Source: Candidatus Omnitrophota bacterium
GTDB taxonomy: Bacteria > Omnitrophota > Gorgyraeia > Gygaellales > Profunditerraquicolaceae
Direction: 5' to 3'
Assembly: GCA_011620275.1 (NCBI GenBank)
Contig: WOZK01000030.1
Span: 70,242-134,241 of the forward strand
DNA length: 64,000 bases
The notes beneath the pieces were generated by a model. The model ran no database searches. It was not told the DNA's origin and saw only the letters and a program-made list of their open reading frames with translations. Positions 1 through 9,803 of this stretch are shown here, in pieces. Each line of letters opens with the position of its first letter. Position 1 is the first letter of the stretch. A program made the position numbers and the translations under genes.

Positions 1-237
1 ATACTCCTGTATCCCGCCCCGCGGCGCTTCGGTATTGCCGGGCGACTCCCGGCAGACGCGAAGGCTGCATCTCAAAATACACGGGGCTCCCTTTCTCATA
101 TAGACGCACGCTTCGGCGGGTTCGATCCAGACCTTGTTCAACACGACTACATTATCCGAAGCGCCCATCTCCGAGGCTTTTTTCCTTACCGACTCCCAGA
201 ACAGGGCGCCTTCCGGAGAAACCGCGGGATTGATCAG

Positions 238-630
238 CTACGCGATGTCCTGCTTCAAACGAAGATCGCCGTACAGCAGCACACGTCCTGTGATAGTATC
301 GGAGATCCCGGAATCAAGAACCCTGCCGGGTTCCATGTAATTCAAATTGGCCCGGAATTTGTCCTGCGGAAACTTTAATCCCGCCATAAAAGCGTCAAAA
401 CACACCGCGAGCGCTTTGCTTATCTCATCGCTGCCGCGTTTCAGACAAACGTCATCCGCCTTCAGATAGAAATTGATACTTTGTTGCCCTCCGCTCCTGC
501 CGGCTGAAAACGAAACGGAAACGAGATCGGCGTCAATCCCGCTGGATAACACATTACAACGGCCGGGATCGCGCGCTCCGGCAAAAACCAGAAAAATGCA
601 ACAAACGGCCGCCGACAGCACCGCCGCCAT
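238..630 (-). CDS. Hypothetical small protein with a hydrophobic N-terminus (possibly exported). No recognisable family.
   Basis: 130-aa ORF. N-terminal 'MAAVLSAAVCCIFLVFAGA' looks like a signal or lipoprotein leader. No conserved motifs recognised. Confidence 0.3.
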   Translation of the reverse strand: MAAVLSAAVCCIFLVFAGARDPGRCNVLSSGIDADLVSVSFSAGRSGGQQSINFYLKADDVCLKRGSDEISKALAVCFDAFMAGLKFPQDKFRANLNYMEPGRVLDSGISDTITGRVLLYGDLRLKQDIA

Positions 631-729
631 AATCCAGGGAACTGTCTCACTTCTTCGCTTTGCCGTTTATGAAAGAAGCCCCTCCTTTTTTAAGAGGGGC
701 TTCTTTAAAACCTATATTACCTTGTCCCA

Positions 730-3111
730 TTATACTCCTATATCAGTCAGAGACTGTTCAAGCCGTTTTACCGTAGCCGTTATGTTCTCCGAAGCCTCAA
801 GTTTAACACCGGCCAACCCTTCAAATAATGTGTCCATGGTCACATGAGTTGATACCGCGTCGTTAGCCTGCTTCGATACAGTGAAACCGGCCGGCACGAC
901 CTTATCGGCTTCCAGTTTATTTACGAACCCCCACATATGCGCGTTAACACCCTGCCCGTAGAACTCATACACGGCTTTGGCCAAAGCCAGCAGGGAGACT
1001 TCCGAGGCTCTGATCCTGCGCACCGGTTTACCGGATATGCTGACCAGGGGATCATTTTCCTCCGGGGAGACTATTATAATGGTATTCTCCAGCATTTCCT
1101 TACTGCCTGTTTCTAGGAAACCGGTGAAGTCCGGAGCTGTCTTCATCGCCTGGTCCTTTACTATATAGTCGTCAAGCTGCACCAATTGAGCGATGGCCCC
1201 GGCATCTTCTCCGCAGATAACGAACTGAACTTTCCCCTTGCTTTCATTAATAAGATTCTCCATCCCTGTGAGAAATCCCGGTTTCAGGGCTTCACGGGAG
1301 GAAACGGCGATAACGCTACCGGCCCCGTCTATATCGCTTGTAAATACACCGGCCAGGTATTCGTTAAATGCCCTGCCGCCGTTCTGAATAAAGGCTTCGG
1401 CCTTCACCTTGGAGAACGCCGCAACCCTTGTTTGCGCGATCGCCCGGTCAATGCCCAGTTTTCCGGCGACCGCCTGGACGAATTCACTAGAATACTCTTT
1501 AACGGCGTCTATACCGGTGTAAACCCTTTTAACCTGAAGCAACGGTCTGATGGCGGGCATATTCTCCAGGCCCTTAGCCAACGCCGTCTGCAGCGCACCC
1601 CCGGCGGTATCCACGAAGAACACATCAGGATAGTCGCTGAATTTATAGCCGGTCTCCGATTCGAACTTTTCCACCGCCTTCTGGGTATCTCCTCCGCCGA
1701 AGAACACGACCACTCCTCTTTTGACCCCCGCATTCCATACCGCGAATAAAGTCTCCTTAGTGGCAAACCATGTATTCTTATCCCCGGAATCGAACATCCC
1801 GGTGCCGCCGTTAAAAACGATACCGTCGCCTCCCTTAAGGGCATTGATACTGTCGAGCAGCATCGCCAGCGTTTTGGCCCCGATATCCACCTGCGCCTCA
1901 TCGGCAGCGATTACATCTACGCCATAGGCTTCTCCGATAAGTTTTCCATCCGTGCCCACTTTCTTAACCAGGAAATCCACCGGCAGCATTTTTCTTGCAT
2001 CCGGGACCTTTGCCAGCTTATCTTTGCCGCTTCTCACCTTCTTCATTACCTTTTCATCGGAAGCCTTCGGCATCATGGATTTACCTAAAGCGAACCCTTC
2101 CGGTTGCAAGGGATTAGAAAGTGCGCCCACTATCACTACTTTGTTGCCGGGCTGGAGGGCGAAGTCCCCTACCGTATCGGCCTTTTCGTATTTGGCCCCG
2201 CCCATAATCCCGAGTTTTATACCGGTAACCTTATTGCCATAAAAGGCGATTTTATGCAAAGTCTTCACCATATTGTTGCCGGCCGCTATATTTTCGACAG
2301 GAAAATATTTTATCATCTCCACGGAAGCATCTTTAGGACGATGCGCTTTATCGAAAGCGGCGTTGATAAAAGCCACCTCATCGGCATCATGCCCGGTCAG
2401 AGCTATCAACCTCCTCGCGAAAGCCTCGCGCACCGCAGAGTCTTTTGCCTGTTCTTCGTTATAGAAACGGATGTTCTCGAAAACGAAAACTATTTTCTCT
2501 CCCGGTTTGACGCTATCTTTTGCATTGACGATGGTCAACTCCGCGAGATTAAGATTATCCTTATAGATATCGTCTTGGACTACAGTGGGGGCCGGAAGCA
2601 ACACTACCTTAACATTAGGGTATTTCTTCTCAACCCTATTCTTGAAAAGTTCGAAGATACCGTTCTCCCCTAAAGAAAACTCTTTTTGAAAAGCCAGCCC
2701 TTTCTCTGGTCTGCCGAAATGAGACATCACATAAGCGAATTGCGCCGTGGATGAAATAAAGCCGTCTTCCAGGTCTTTCAGAAGATTATCCAGGCGTTTA
2801 GTCTTGAACTTCCCCTGATCATCCTGAGGCAAGTTTATATCAGCGCAGAAAAAAATATCATTAATTCTCTTCTCCTTTATCTTTTCTTTCAAGGCATCCA
2901 TCTCCCGGATGCCGGTGATTATCGTCTTTATGACGCTGCCGCCGTCATAACCCGCGTCACCCCTCAGAAGGGCTATTCCGATATCTTCTACGGAGGCGCC
3001 GTTCTTGCGCAGATTATCGGTATTAACCGCGGCAAAAGCCGTGTAATGAGTTGTCATCAATAATAAAATTGCCACCGGCACCAAGCATATCCTGCATTTC
3101 ATCATCCCCAT
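730..3111 (-). CDS. pgk: Phosphoglycerate kinase with a ~250-aa C-terminal extension of unknown function. The annotated start is ambiguous, and an internal Met at nt 2901 gives a canonical PGK N-terminus.
   Basis: PGK signatures: 'KEKRINDIFFCADINLP' (compare RVDFNVP), 'AYVMSHFGRPEKG' (SHLGRP), 'GAKTLAMLLDSINALKGGDGIVFNGGTGMFD' (VWNGPMGVFE), 'VVFFGGGDT' and 'VDTAGGALQTAL'. The longest ORF adds 70 codons upstream, beginning with a signal-peptide-like 'MKCRICLVPVAILLLMTTHYTAFAA'. The C-terminal ~250 aa has no PGK or TIM signature. Confidence 0.75.
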   Translation of the reverse strand: MGMMKCRICLVPVAILLLMTTHYTAFAAVNTDNLRKNGASVEDIGIALLRGDAGYDGGSVIKTIITGIREMDALKEKIKEKRINDIFFCADINLPQDDQGKFKTKRLDNLLKDLEDGFISSTAQFAYVMSHFGRPEKGLAFQKEFSLGENGIFELFKNRVEKKYPNVKVVLLPAPTVVQDDIYKDNLNLAELTIVNAKDSVKPGEKIVFVFENIRFYNEEQAKDSAVREAFARRLIALTGHDADEVAFINAAFDKAHRPKDASVEMIKYFPVENIAAGNNMVKTLHKIAFYGNKVTGIKLGIMGGAKYEKADTVGDFALQPGNKVVIVGALSNPLQPEGFALGKSMMPKASDEKVMKKVRSGKDKLAKVPDARKMLPVDFLVKKVGTDGKLIGEAYGVDVIAADEAQVDIGAKTLAMLLDSINALKGGDGIVFNGGTGMFDSGDKNTWFATKETLFAVWNAGVKRGVVVFFGGGDTQKAVEKFESETGYKFSDYPDVFFVDTAGGALQTALAKGLENMPAIRPLLQVKRVYTGIDAVKEYSSEFVQAVAGKLGIDRAIAQTRVAAFSKVKAEAFIQNGGRAFNEYLAGVFTSDIDGAGSVIAVSSREALKPGFLTGMENLINESKGKVQFVICGEDAGAIAQLVQLDDYIVKDQAMKTAPDFTGFLETGSKEMLENTIIIVSPEENDPLVSISGKPVRRIRASEVSLLALAKAVYEFYGQGVNAHMWGFVNKLEADKVVPAGFTVSKQANDAVSTHVTMDTLFEGLAGVKLEASENITATVKRLEQSLTDIGV

Positions 3112-3143
3112 TTCAACACCCCTTTCCTATTTTAAACTCAATG

Positions 3144-4697
3144 TTACTCGTCAGCTACATCTTCCTCGTAATCATCATACACATCTGTTTTCTGTTCCCT
3201 GAGCACGGAAAAATAGAGCGAAGAATCGCTCCCGGAGGTGATAACTGGGGCCAGCACGACGTAAGAATACCCCCGGGCCCTCAACGCCCTGACCATGCCC
3301 GGGGTATGGAACCCCCCTGTGATCAATACAGCCGCCTCTTCCCGCGATTCATCCATTTTCCTTTGCAGGTTTTTGACAAAAACCTTCTCCCTCGCGGCCC
3401 CCAGTTTGTAGAACTCTTCAAGGATCCCTATATTCCCGTCCACGGATTCTACCGAAACCGCGGGTTCCGGAATATTGTATTTCGCGCAATTCTCCTGCAA
3501 ATAGCTTTTCCAGGAAGCGACGCTGAACTTGTCTCGATTGGTTTTAAAATAGGAGTATTCCTCTGGAGTCAGTTCCAGATCAAAAAAATGTTTAAGCATA
3601 ACCGCCATCCGCGATATCTCCGACAGCCTACGCTGACTATCGTTAGTAAATGCCCTGTTCTTCAATTCCTCTTCCAGCGCCGATATCTCTTGGATCAGCT
3701 TTACCGGGCTGACGGAATTATCGCCGCAGATATAATCAATATACTTTGCCATGGCAGGATAATCCGTCTTTATATCGATGGCCGGCTGCGCCAGCGACTT
3801 CAAATAAGAATAATAATCTTTCGCGGTGATTTCCCCGTCCTTGAAACTCTGCGTTTTAGAGACCAATTTCTTGACTTCTCCGCTTTCAAGACCGGAGGCC
3901 AGGGTTTTAATGAAAACAACGCGTTCCGCTTCCGCCGATTTCAGATCCATGTTTTTCTCAATCTCGACGGTCCTGGTAAATTTTTCTATCGCCGGATAAT
4001 TGTTCAAAGCGACGGATACCTTGGAGGCGCAAGAAGAAAGATAGACGCAGTAATCGGCCAATTGCACTCCTTTCGACTCATAAGCCTCCTTCTTCTGTTC
4101 CAATTGCCGCAGCTCATCGCCATACAGAAAAAGCTTCAATTTATTCAACGAAGAAATTACCCTGTCCAGATGTTTAATCCCTTCTCCCCTTACCGCGTCT
4201 ATCTTCCAGAACGCATCCAAGTGAGCGTCATATAATCCTTCCTCGTCTATTCCGTATAATTCTATATCGCTGTCGGAAACAATATCGAAATATTCTTCCC
4301 CGGAGATCCGGCCTTCACGCAGGTAACGTTCGGCGACCTCCTGTCGTGTTTTTAGAGGCGCATATCCCCTTAAGGAAGAGAGCCCGACATAACCGTAACC
4401 GCCTTCAACCATTATCAAACGCAATCCGTAATTCCGCACAAGGTAATCAAGGACTTCCGCCGTATTCTTCTGCGCTTCATAGTTGCAGTGCGCGTCCTGG
4501 ATACAAAAAATGATTTTGGGATCGTTGTTTGTCGGAGTAGTTGCGTCAAACGTTTCTTTGATCAATATATTTTGGGAAGGGAATTTATAATCTTTTACGT
4601 GGAGCGCAGCTTGAGAGTTAAGGAGAGGAACAGTCAAGAGGAGGAAACTGAAGAAAACTATTTTAATTTTCTTTCTGTAACCAATTCTGCTCAGCAT
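3144..4697 (-). CDS. Exported hypothetical protein, possibly of the TraB/GumN/ChaN (TIKI-like) family.
   Basis: 517 aa. N-terminal signal peptide 'KIKIVFFSFLLLTVPLLNSQAA'. An N-proximal 'IFCIQDAHCNYEAQ' and a C-proximal 'LITGGFHTPGMV' fit the paired GxxH...GxxH layout of TIKI/TraB proteins. The family call is tentative. Confidence 0.45.
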   Translation of the reverse strand: MLSRIGYRKKIKIVFFSFLLLTVPLLNSQAALHVKDYKFPSQNILIKETFDATTPTNNDPKIIFCIQDAHCNYEAQKNTAEVLDYLVRNYGLRLIMVEGGYGYVGLSSLRGYAPLKTRQEVAERYLREGRISGEEYFDIVSDSDIELYGIDEEGLYDAHLDAFWKIDAVRGEGIKHLDRVISSLNKLKLFLYGDELRQLEQKKEAYESKGVQLADYCVYLSSCASKVSVALNNYPAIEKFTRTVEIEKNMDLKSAEAERVVFIKTLASGLESGEVKKLVSKTQSFKDGEITAKDYYSYLKSLAQPAIDIKTDYPAMAKYIDYICGDNSVSPVKLIQEISALEEELKNRAFTNDSQRRLSEISRMAVMLKHFFDLELTPEEYSYFKTNRDKFSVASWKSYLQENCAKYNIPEPAVSVESVDGNIGILEEFYKLGAAREKVFVKNLQRKMDESREEAAVLITGGFHTPGMVRALRARGYSYVVLAPVITSGSDSSLYFSVLREQKTDVYDDYEEDVADE

Positions 4698-4857
4698 AAA
4701 AAAACGCCACAGGAAAAATGTTAAATTACATATTTATTCCGTGGCGTGGAACTGGTAATTGGTATTTCAGGAATCGCGTGTCAAATTGTTAGTCACTAAT
4801 ATACATCAAAAGGAAGATGCTGTCAAGACTTTCTCAACAGACTTTCTTAAATTATTT

Positions 4858-5664
4858 TTAAGGAATAATAAAAGCCAATATTCTGTGCCCAAACAGGAAC
4901 GAAAATATAGCTGCCAGAGAAAGAAACGGCCCGTAAGGAATTACGTGGCTCTTCTTGAAAACCAGATTAATGATACCCGCGATCGCACCCGGAAACGGAG
5001 CAAGAAAGAAAGTCATCACCGCCTTGTCCGGCCCCAGGAATGCCCCGATCATCGCCATCAATTTCACGTCTCCCATGCCCATAGAAGAAGTCTCTCCTTC
5101 CACCGGGGGGTTCTTCAGGATGCGGAAATATACCAGGTCGAACAAAGCCCCGGCCGCGTAGATGATGCCTGCCCCGGCCGCTGCGCCCAAGAGGCTGCGA
5201 AGAACAGGATGCCAATCAAAGATTACCGGCTGCGGCCTTATACCGGATAAAACGTTCAACAGCAGCGCGGCCGCGGTTCCTCCTATTGATATTTCGTCCG
5301 GGATGATCTGATACTGTATGTCCACGAAAGTCGCTACGCAAAGCAAAGAAAAGAACAGACAATAATATACCGCCTGGGCCTGTGCACCGTAAATCGCCCC
5401 CATAAGCAGAAAAAAAGAGCCGGTAATGAATTCCACCAGCGGGTAACGCAGGGATATCGGTTTGCCGCAATGCCGACATCGGCCTTTCAAGATAAAAAAA
5501 CTCAACAAAGGGATATTATCGAACCAGACGATGTCTTTGGAACAGGACGGACAGTGCGAACGGGGAAAAACGATCGATTGGTTCAACGGCATTCTGTGGA
5601 TGCAGACGTTCAGGAAACTGCCGACAATGGCGCCGAAAACGAAGAAAATCAGCGGGATGATCAT
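4858..5664 (-). CDS. pilD: Prepilin peptidase (type IV leader peptidase/N-methyltransferase, A24 family).
   Basis: 'GSFLNVCIHRMP', the tetra-Cys box 'CPSCSKDI...RCRHCGKPISLRYPLVE', and multiple TM helices with catalytic Asp positions typical of PilD. Confidence 0.85.
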   Translation of the reverse strand: MIIPLIFFVFGAIVGSFLNVCIHRMPLNQSIVFPRSHCPSCSKDIVWFDNIPLLSFFILKGRCRHCGKPISLRYPLVEFITGSFFLLMGAIYGAQAQAVYYCLFFSLLCVATFVDIQYQIIPDEISIGGTAAALLLNVLSGIRPQPVIFDWHPVLRSLLGAAAGAGIIYAAGALFDLVYFRILKNPPVEGETSSMGMGDVKLMAMIGAFLGPDKAVMTFFLAPFPGAIAGIINLVFKKSHVIPYGPFLSLAAIFSFLFGHRILAFIIP

Positions 5665-6590
5665 AGGCCGGCCGCCTCTTTCAATGCTTTCCGCATCACC
5701 TCCACCGGAGCCTTACCACCGGTCCAGAACTCGAACGCCGCCGCGCCCTGGTGCAAAAGCATCCCCAGCCCGCCGGAAGCGGCGAGCCCGGCCGCGCGGG
5801 CGTCATCCAGCAGACGCGTGGCACGGTTATAAACGATATCGTAAACCGCCGTGCCTTTTTTCAGCCATTCCTTTTTGATCGGGCTGGGATCACCTTCCTT
5901 CATTCCCAAAGGAGAGGTATTCACCAGTATATCGCACTCTTCAAGCCTGACGGGCATATCCTCCTCTCCGATAAAAGTAATTATTTCTTTTCCTTTCCCG
6001 TTCAGCATTCCGTCAATACCGTTCAAAGCGAATTGCTTTTCGGCATTCCCGCGGGATTGCGGGCTCTTCTCATATATATATATTTTCCCCGCTCTATCAG
6101 CTTCCCAGGTAAGTCCGGCAATGATCGCCCTGCCCGCTCCGCCGCAGCCGATAAGCATCACACTCTTGCCTTTCGGAGAGAAATCGAGATCCTCCTTCAA
6201 AGAAATGAGGAACCCTAGAACATCGGTATTACGGTAACTGATCATGCCGTCTTGATTTTTTACGGTATTGACCGCTCCGGAGACGCGCACATAATAAAGC
6301 TCGTTATCCCCCGCCGGCTGTCCGGGGTATTTCTTCTCCAATATTTCTTTTACGGCTATTTTATGCGGGATGGTAACGTTGAAACCGGAAAGGTCGGCCA
6401 GTTTGTATCGCCTGCTCCCGGCGGTATCGCTGAAGGAATAAGCCGGATCATTCAAAAATAAAGGTATGTCCTGCGGGGGGATTTCAAAAAGGTGGTAAGA
6501 AGCGCCCATGCCCAGATCGCGGAAAGCGGCGTTGTGCATCGCAGGGGAAAAGCTGTGCTTGACCGGATAACCGACTAACCCGTAGGTCAT
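5661..6590 (-). CDS. aroE: Shikimate dehydrogenase.
   Basis: 'GLVGYPVKHSFSPAMHNAAFRDLG', 'NVTIPHK', and an NAD(P)-binding 'GCGGAGRAI' Rossmann motif. Confidence 0.85.
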   Translation of the reverse strand: MTYGLVGYPVKHSFSPAMHNAAFRDLGMGASYHLFEIPPQDIPLFLNDPAYSFSDTAGSRRYKLADLSGFNVTIPHKIAVKEILEKKYPGQPAGDNELYYVRVSGAVNTVKNQDGMISYRNTDVLGFLISLKEDLDFSPKGKSVMLIGCGGAGRAIIAGLTWEADRAGKIYIYEKSPQSRGNAEKQFALNGIDGMLNGKGKEIITFIGEEDMPVRLEECDILVNTSPLGMKEGDPSPIKKEWLKKGTAVYDIVYNRATRLLDDARAAGLAASGGLGMLLHQGAAAFEFWTGGKAPVEVMRKALKEAAGL

Positions 6591-8101
6591 CGCCCGCTCA
6601 ACCGGTTTATGGCGTCAAGATAAGCTTTGATGGCAGCTTCGATGATATCGGTGCTGGCCCCCCTGCCGCCGAAGACCCCGGCTTTCAGCTTAAGACTCAA
6701 GCTCGCCTGACCGAGGGCATCCTTGCCTGAAGTAACCGACTCCAGACGGAAATCCTGCAGCCTGGCTTTCAAACCGGTAATCTTATCTATTGCCTTGAAA
6801 CAACTGTCCACCGGGCCGTCACCCGAAGCCTGCCCACTCAACAGGCGGTCGTTCTTCTTCAAGCGCACGACGGCAACCGGAGTAGAGCCGCTGCCGCAGC
6901 AAACCTCGAATCCCTGCAACTCCCACAAAGGTTTGCTATGCCTGAGCTGATCATCGACGATTATACGCAAGTCGTCGTCGTAAATTTCCTTCTTTTTATC
7001 GGTCAGCTGTTTGAAACGCGCGAACGCGCTGTTGAGCTCTTCGGCCGTGAGCTTGAAACCCAAGGTTTGCAGCCTTTCCCGTAACGCGTGTCTGCCGGAA
7101 TGCTTCCCCAGCACGATCTCGCTGCCGGCCACCCCGACGTCTGCTGGATCCATGATCTCATAGGTCGTCCGCTTTTTTAACACCGCATCCTGATGTATGC
7201 CGGACTCGTGGCTAAAAGCGTTCTTTCCCACGATGGCTTTATTCAACGGCACCACGAAATCGGTGAGCTTACTGACCAATTTGGAAGCATTCAATATTTC
7301 TTTCGTATTTATCGAAGTGTGTAAATTGCTGAACGCATCCTTCCTGGTTCTCAAAGCCATCACAACTTCTTCCAGAGATGCGTTGCCGGCCCGCTCGCCT
7401 ATGCCGTTCACCGTGCAATGCACCTGGCGCGCTCCGGCTAACACCGCCGATACGGAGTTTGCGCTCGCCATGCCGAGATCATCATGGCAGTGAATGGAAA
7501 TGACCGCCTTATTTATATTAGGAACGTTGTCCTTTATCTCCGAAATAAGGGAATATATCTCGGCAGGGTAACTATAGCCGACCGTATCCGTAATATTCAC
7601 GGTGGAAGCTCCGTTCTTTATCACGTTCTCTATTACTCTAAAAAGAAAAGAGCGCTCGCTGCGGGTGGCGTCTTCCGGGGAGAACTCCACGTCCGGGCAG
7701 AGTCTTCGTGCGGCCCTCACCGCCTGCACTGCCAACTGCAGTATCTCGTCTTCTCTTTTGTGGAACTTATACTGCAGGTGTATCTTGGAGGTGGCGAGGA
7801 AAACGTGTATACGCGGTCTCCGAGCTTTCTTCAAAGCCTTGGCCGCGGCATCTATATCCGGTTTCAGGCAGCGCGCGAGGGCGCAAACGGACTTCTTTTT
7901 TACCGAAGACGCGATGCGAGCCACGGCCTGAAAATCATCCGGACTGGATACCGGAAAACCGGCTTCGATAACATCCACCCCCAGCCTTTCCAGTTGAAAA
8001 GCAACCTCAAGCTTTTCCTGGGAAGTCAGCGAACCTCCGGGGGCCTGTTCTCCGTCCCTTAACGTTGTATCGAAAATTATGACCTTTTCCATTTGTTTCA
8101 T
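6587..8101 (-). CDS. leuA: 2-isopropylmalate synthase (LeuA/CimA family; could instead be citramalate synthase).
   Basis: 'IFDTTLRDGEQAPGGSLT', 'HCHDDLGMA' and 'HESGIHQDA' HMGL-like motifs, plus a C-terminal LeuA dimer/regulatory domain. The 504-aa length fits the short LeuA/CimA type. Confidence 0.85.
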   Translation of the reverse strand: MKQMEKVIIFDTTLRDGEQAPGGSLTSQEKLEVAFQLERLGVDVIEAGFPVSSPDDFQAVARIASSVKKKSVCALARCLKPDIDAAAKALKKARRPRIHVFLATSKIHLQYKFHKREDEILQLAVQAVRAARRLCPDVEFSPEDATRSERSFLFRVIENVIKNGASTVNITDTVGYSYPAEIYSLISEIKDNVPNINKAVISIHCHDDLGMASANSVSAVLAGARQVHCTVNGIGERAGNASLEEVVMALRTRKDAFSNLHTSINTKEILNASKLVSKLTDFVVPLNKAIVGKNAFSHESGIHQDAVLKKRTTYEIMDPADVGVAGSEIVLGKHSGRHALRERLQTLGFKLTAEELNSAFARFKQLTDKKKEIYDDDLRIIVDDQLRHSKPLWELQGFEVCCGSGSTPVAVVRLKKNDRLLSGQASGDGPVDSCFKAIDKITGLKARLQDFRLESVTSGKDALGQASLSLKLKAGVFGGRGASTDIIEAAIKAYLDAINRLSGR

Positions 8102-8181
8102 GTTATACGCAACAGCATACTGTTACGATCGCGAATTAAGTATCGTGTCCCCGAAGAATAGTAACCGTTATCCTGCCTTTT

Positions 8182-9177
8182 CTACGCCTTCTTCATCCAG
8201 GGCATCATCTCCCTGAGTTTACGGCCGACTTTTTCTATCTTATGGTTATCTCCGGCCTTAAGCAGCTTGTTGAATACCGGACGTCCTTTTTCGTTCTCTT
8301 TTATCCATTCCTGGGCAAATTTTCCGGTCTGTATTTCCTTGAGTATCTTTTTCATTTCCTGTCTGGTTTTTGCGGTAATCACCCTTTTACCCCTGGAAAG
8401 GTCGCCGTAGCAGGCGGTGTTGGAAACTCCGCGGCGCATGCCGGCTATGCCGCGCTCCTGGATCAGGTCGGTGATAAGCTTCAACTCGTGCAGCACCTCG
8501 AAATAGGCTATCTCCGGCTGGTATCCGGCGTCTACCAGCGTATCGAACCCGGCCATTATCAACTCGGAAACTCCGCCGCATAATACCGCCTGCTCGCCAA
8601 AAAGATCGGTTTCGGTCTCTTCCGCGAAAGTGGTCTTGATGACTCCGGCGGTTGTCGCCTTCAGGGCCTTAGCATAAGCCAGCGCCAGATCAAGCGCCTT
8701 TCCACTGGCGTTCTGATAAACCGCCACCAGAGAAGGAACGCCTTTCCCTTCTTCATACATCTTGCGCACCAAAGCGCCGGGACCTTTGGGAGCGACCATG
8801 AACACGTCCACGTTCTTGGGCGGCACGATCTGCTTGAAATGGATGTTGAACCCGTGCGAAAAACAAAGCGCCTTGCCGGCGGTAAGGTTCGGTTCTATCG
8901 CCTTACGGTAAACGACCGCCTGCACGTGGTCCTGTGTGAGGATCTGTATAATATCGCCGCGGCGCGCCGCTTCTTCTGCGCTTACCGGAGAGAACCCGTC
9001 CTTTTTTGCCTGTTCGTAGTTAAGCGTCCCGGGAAGCTCTGAAACCACCACTTTACAGCCTGAATCGCGCAGACACAACGACTGCCCACGCCCTTGTATA
9101 CCGTAACCGAGGATAGCGACTGTCTTATCCTTCAAAAGGTTCAGATCCGCATCCTTATCGTAATATACCTTAGCCAT
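8182..9177 (-). CDS. ilvC: Ketol-acid reductoisomerase (class I).
   Basis: '[21 protein letters not shown]' Rossmann motif, 331 aa, strong KARI similarity throughout. Confidence 0.9.
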   Translation of the reverse strand: MAKVYYDKDADLNLLKDKTVAILGYGIQGRGQSLCLRDSGCKVVVSELPGTLNYEQAKKDGFSPVSAEEAARRGDIIQILTQDHVQAVVYRKAIEPNLTAGKALCFSHGFNIHFKQIVPPKNVDVFMVAPKGPGALVRKMYEEGKGVPSLVAVYQNASGKALDLALAYAKALKATTAGVIKTTFAEETETDLFGEQAVLCGGVSELIMAGFDTLVDAGYQPEIAYFEVLHELKLITDLIQERGIAGMRRGVSNTACYGDLSRGKRVITAKTRQEMKKILKEIQTGKFAQEWIKENEKGRPVFNKLLKAGDNHKIEKVGRKLREMMPWMKKA

Positions 9178-9187
9178 CTTCCCTCCT

Positions 9188-9691
9188 TTATGCTGTTTTT
9201 GACTTTGGCGTGAGGTCTCCGGTCGCCATCGCGATCTTGCCCGCCCGCACCAGTTCTTTTATGTTGAAACGTTTTGCCTCTTCCAGCGTCTTCTTCAGTT
9301 TTTCCTGATCCCCGACTATCTCGACTATCGCCGTATTTCCCCGGCAATGAGTGACTCCCGCTCCCCATTTCTTCGCCAGCGACTCCAGCGCCGCCTTGTC
9401 TCCGGCGGTACAGGACACCTTGATCATCATCAACTCCCGGTCTATGTAATCCTTCTTGGTGAAATCGGTGACCGTGATAACGTCTATCAGTTTGTTCAAC
9501 TGCTTCTTGACCTGTTCGAGTACCTTCTCGTCCCTGGTATCCACCACCATCGTAAGATACGATATGCTGGGGTCGAGGGTCTCGCTGACGGAAAGCGAAA
9601 TAATGTTGTATCCGCGGGCGCTGAACAACCCGGCAATCCTCGCCAGCACTCCGAATTTGTTTTCCACCAGTATAGATATCGTGTGCCTCAT
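9188..9691 (-). CDS. ilvN: Acetolactate synthase small (regulatory) subunit.
   Basis: '[33 protein letters not shown]' ACT domain, 167 aa, adjacent to ilvB. Confidence 0.85.
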   Translation of the reverse strand: MRHTISILVENKFGVLARIAGLFSARGYNIISLSVSETLDPSISYLTMVVDTRDEKVLEQVKKQLNKLIDVITVTDFTKKDYIDRELMMIKVSCTAGDKAALESLAKKWGAGVTHCRGNTAIVEIVGDQEKLKKTLEEAKRFNIKELVRAGKIAMATGDLTPKSKTA

Positions 9692-9729
9692 AAAGACCTT
9701 CTTTCCTTAAGAACAGTTGAGAACTCGAT

Positions 9730-9800
9730 AATCGAAATTTAACCGCAATCGAAATCCTATTCTCGATTCTCTATTTTCGATTGCTCTGTCCGCCTTCGGC
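9730..9800. repeat. Short intergenic hairpin-containing repeat element (copy 1, between ilvB and ilvN). Related copies lie at 13378-13450 and, inverted, at 23301-23345.
   Basis: Shared core 'ccgcaatcg...ctctatttt...cgattgctc'. The inverted repeat 'gcaatcg'/'cgattgc' forms a 7-bp stem. Copy 1 also has 'ccgccttcggcgg'. The third copy shares 'cagagcaatcga' in the opposite orientation. Confidence 0.4.
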
Positions 9801-9803
9801 GGA

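Noticed and set aside
730-3111. Interpretation of the PGK C-terminal extension as a fused triosephosphate isomerase (as in Thermotoga).
   Set aside because: No 'GNWK', 'AYEPVWAIGTG' or 'YGGS' TIM motifs are present in the extension.
3051-4235. 394-aa plus-strand ORF overlapping the 3144-4697 minus-strand gene.
   Set aside because: The translation is low-complexity, Pro/Arg/Phe-rich junk with no motifs. The opposite-strand ORF has a signal peptide and coherent composition. Typical antisense shadow ORF.
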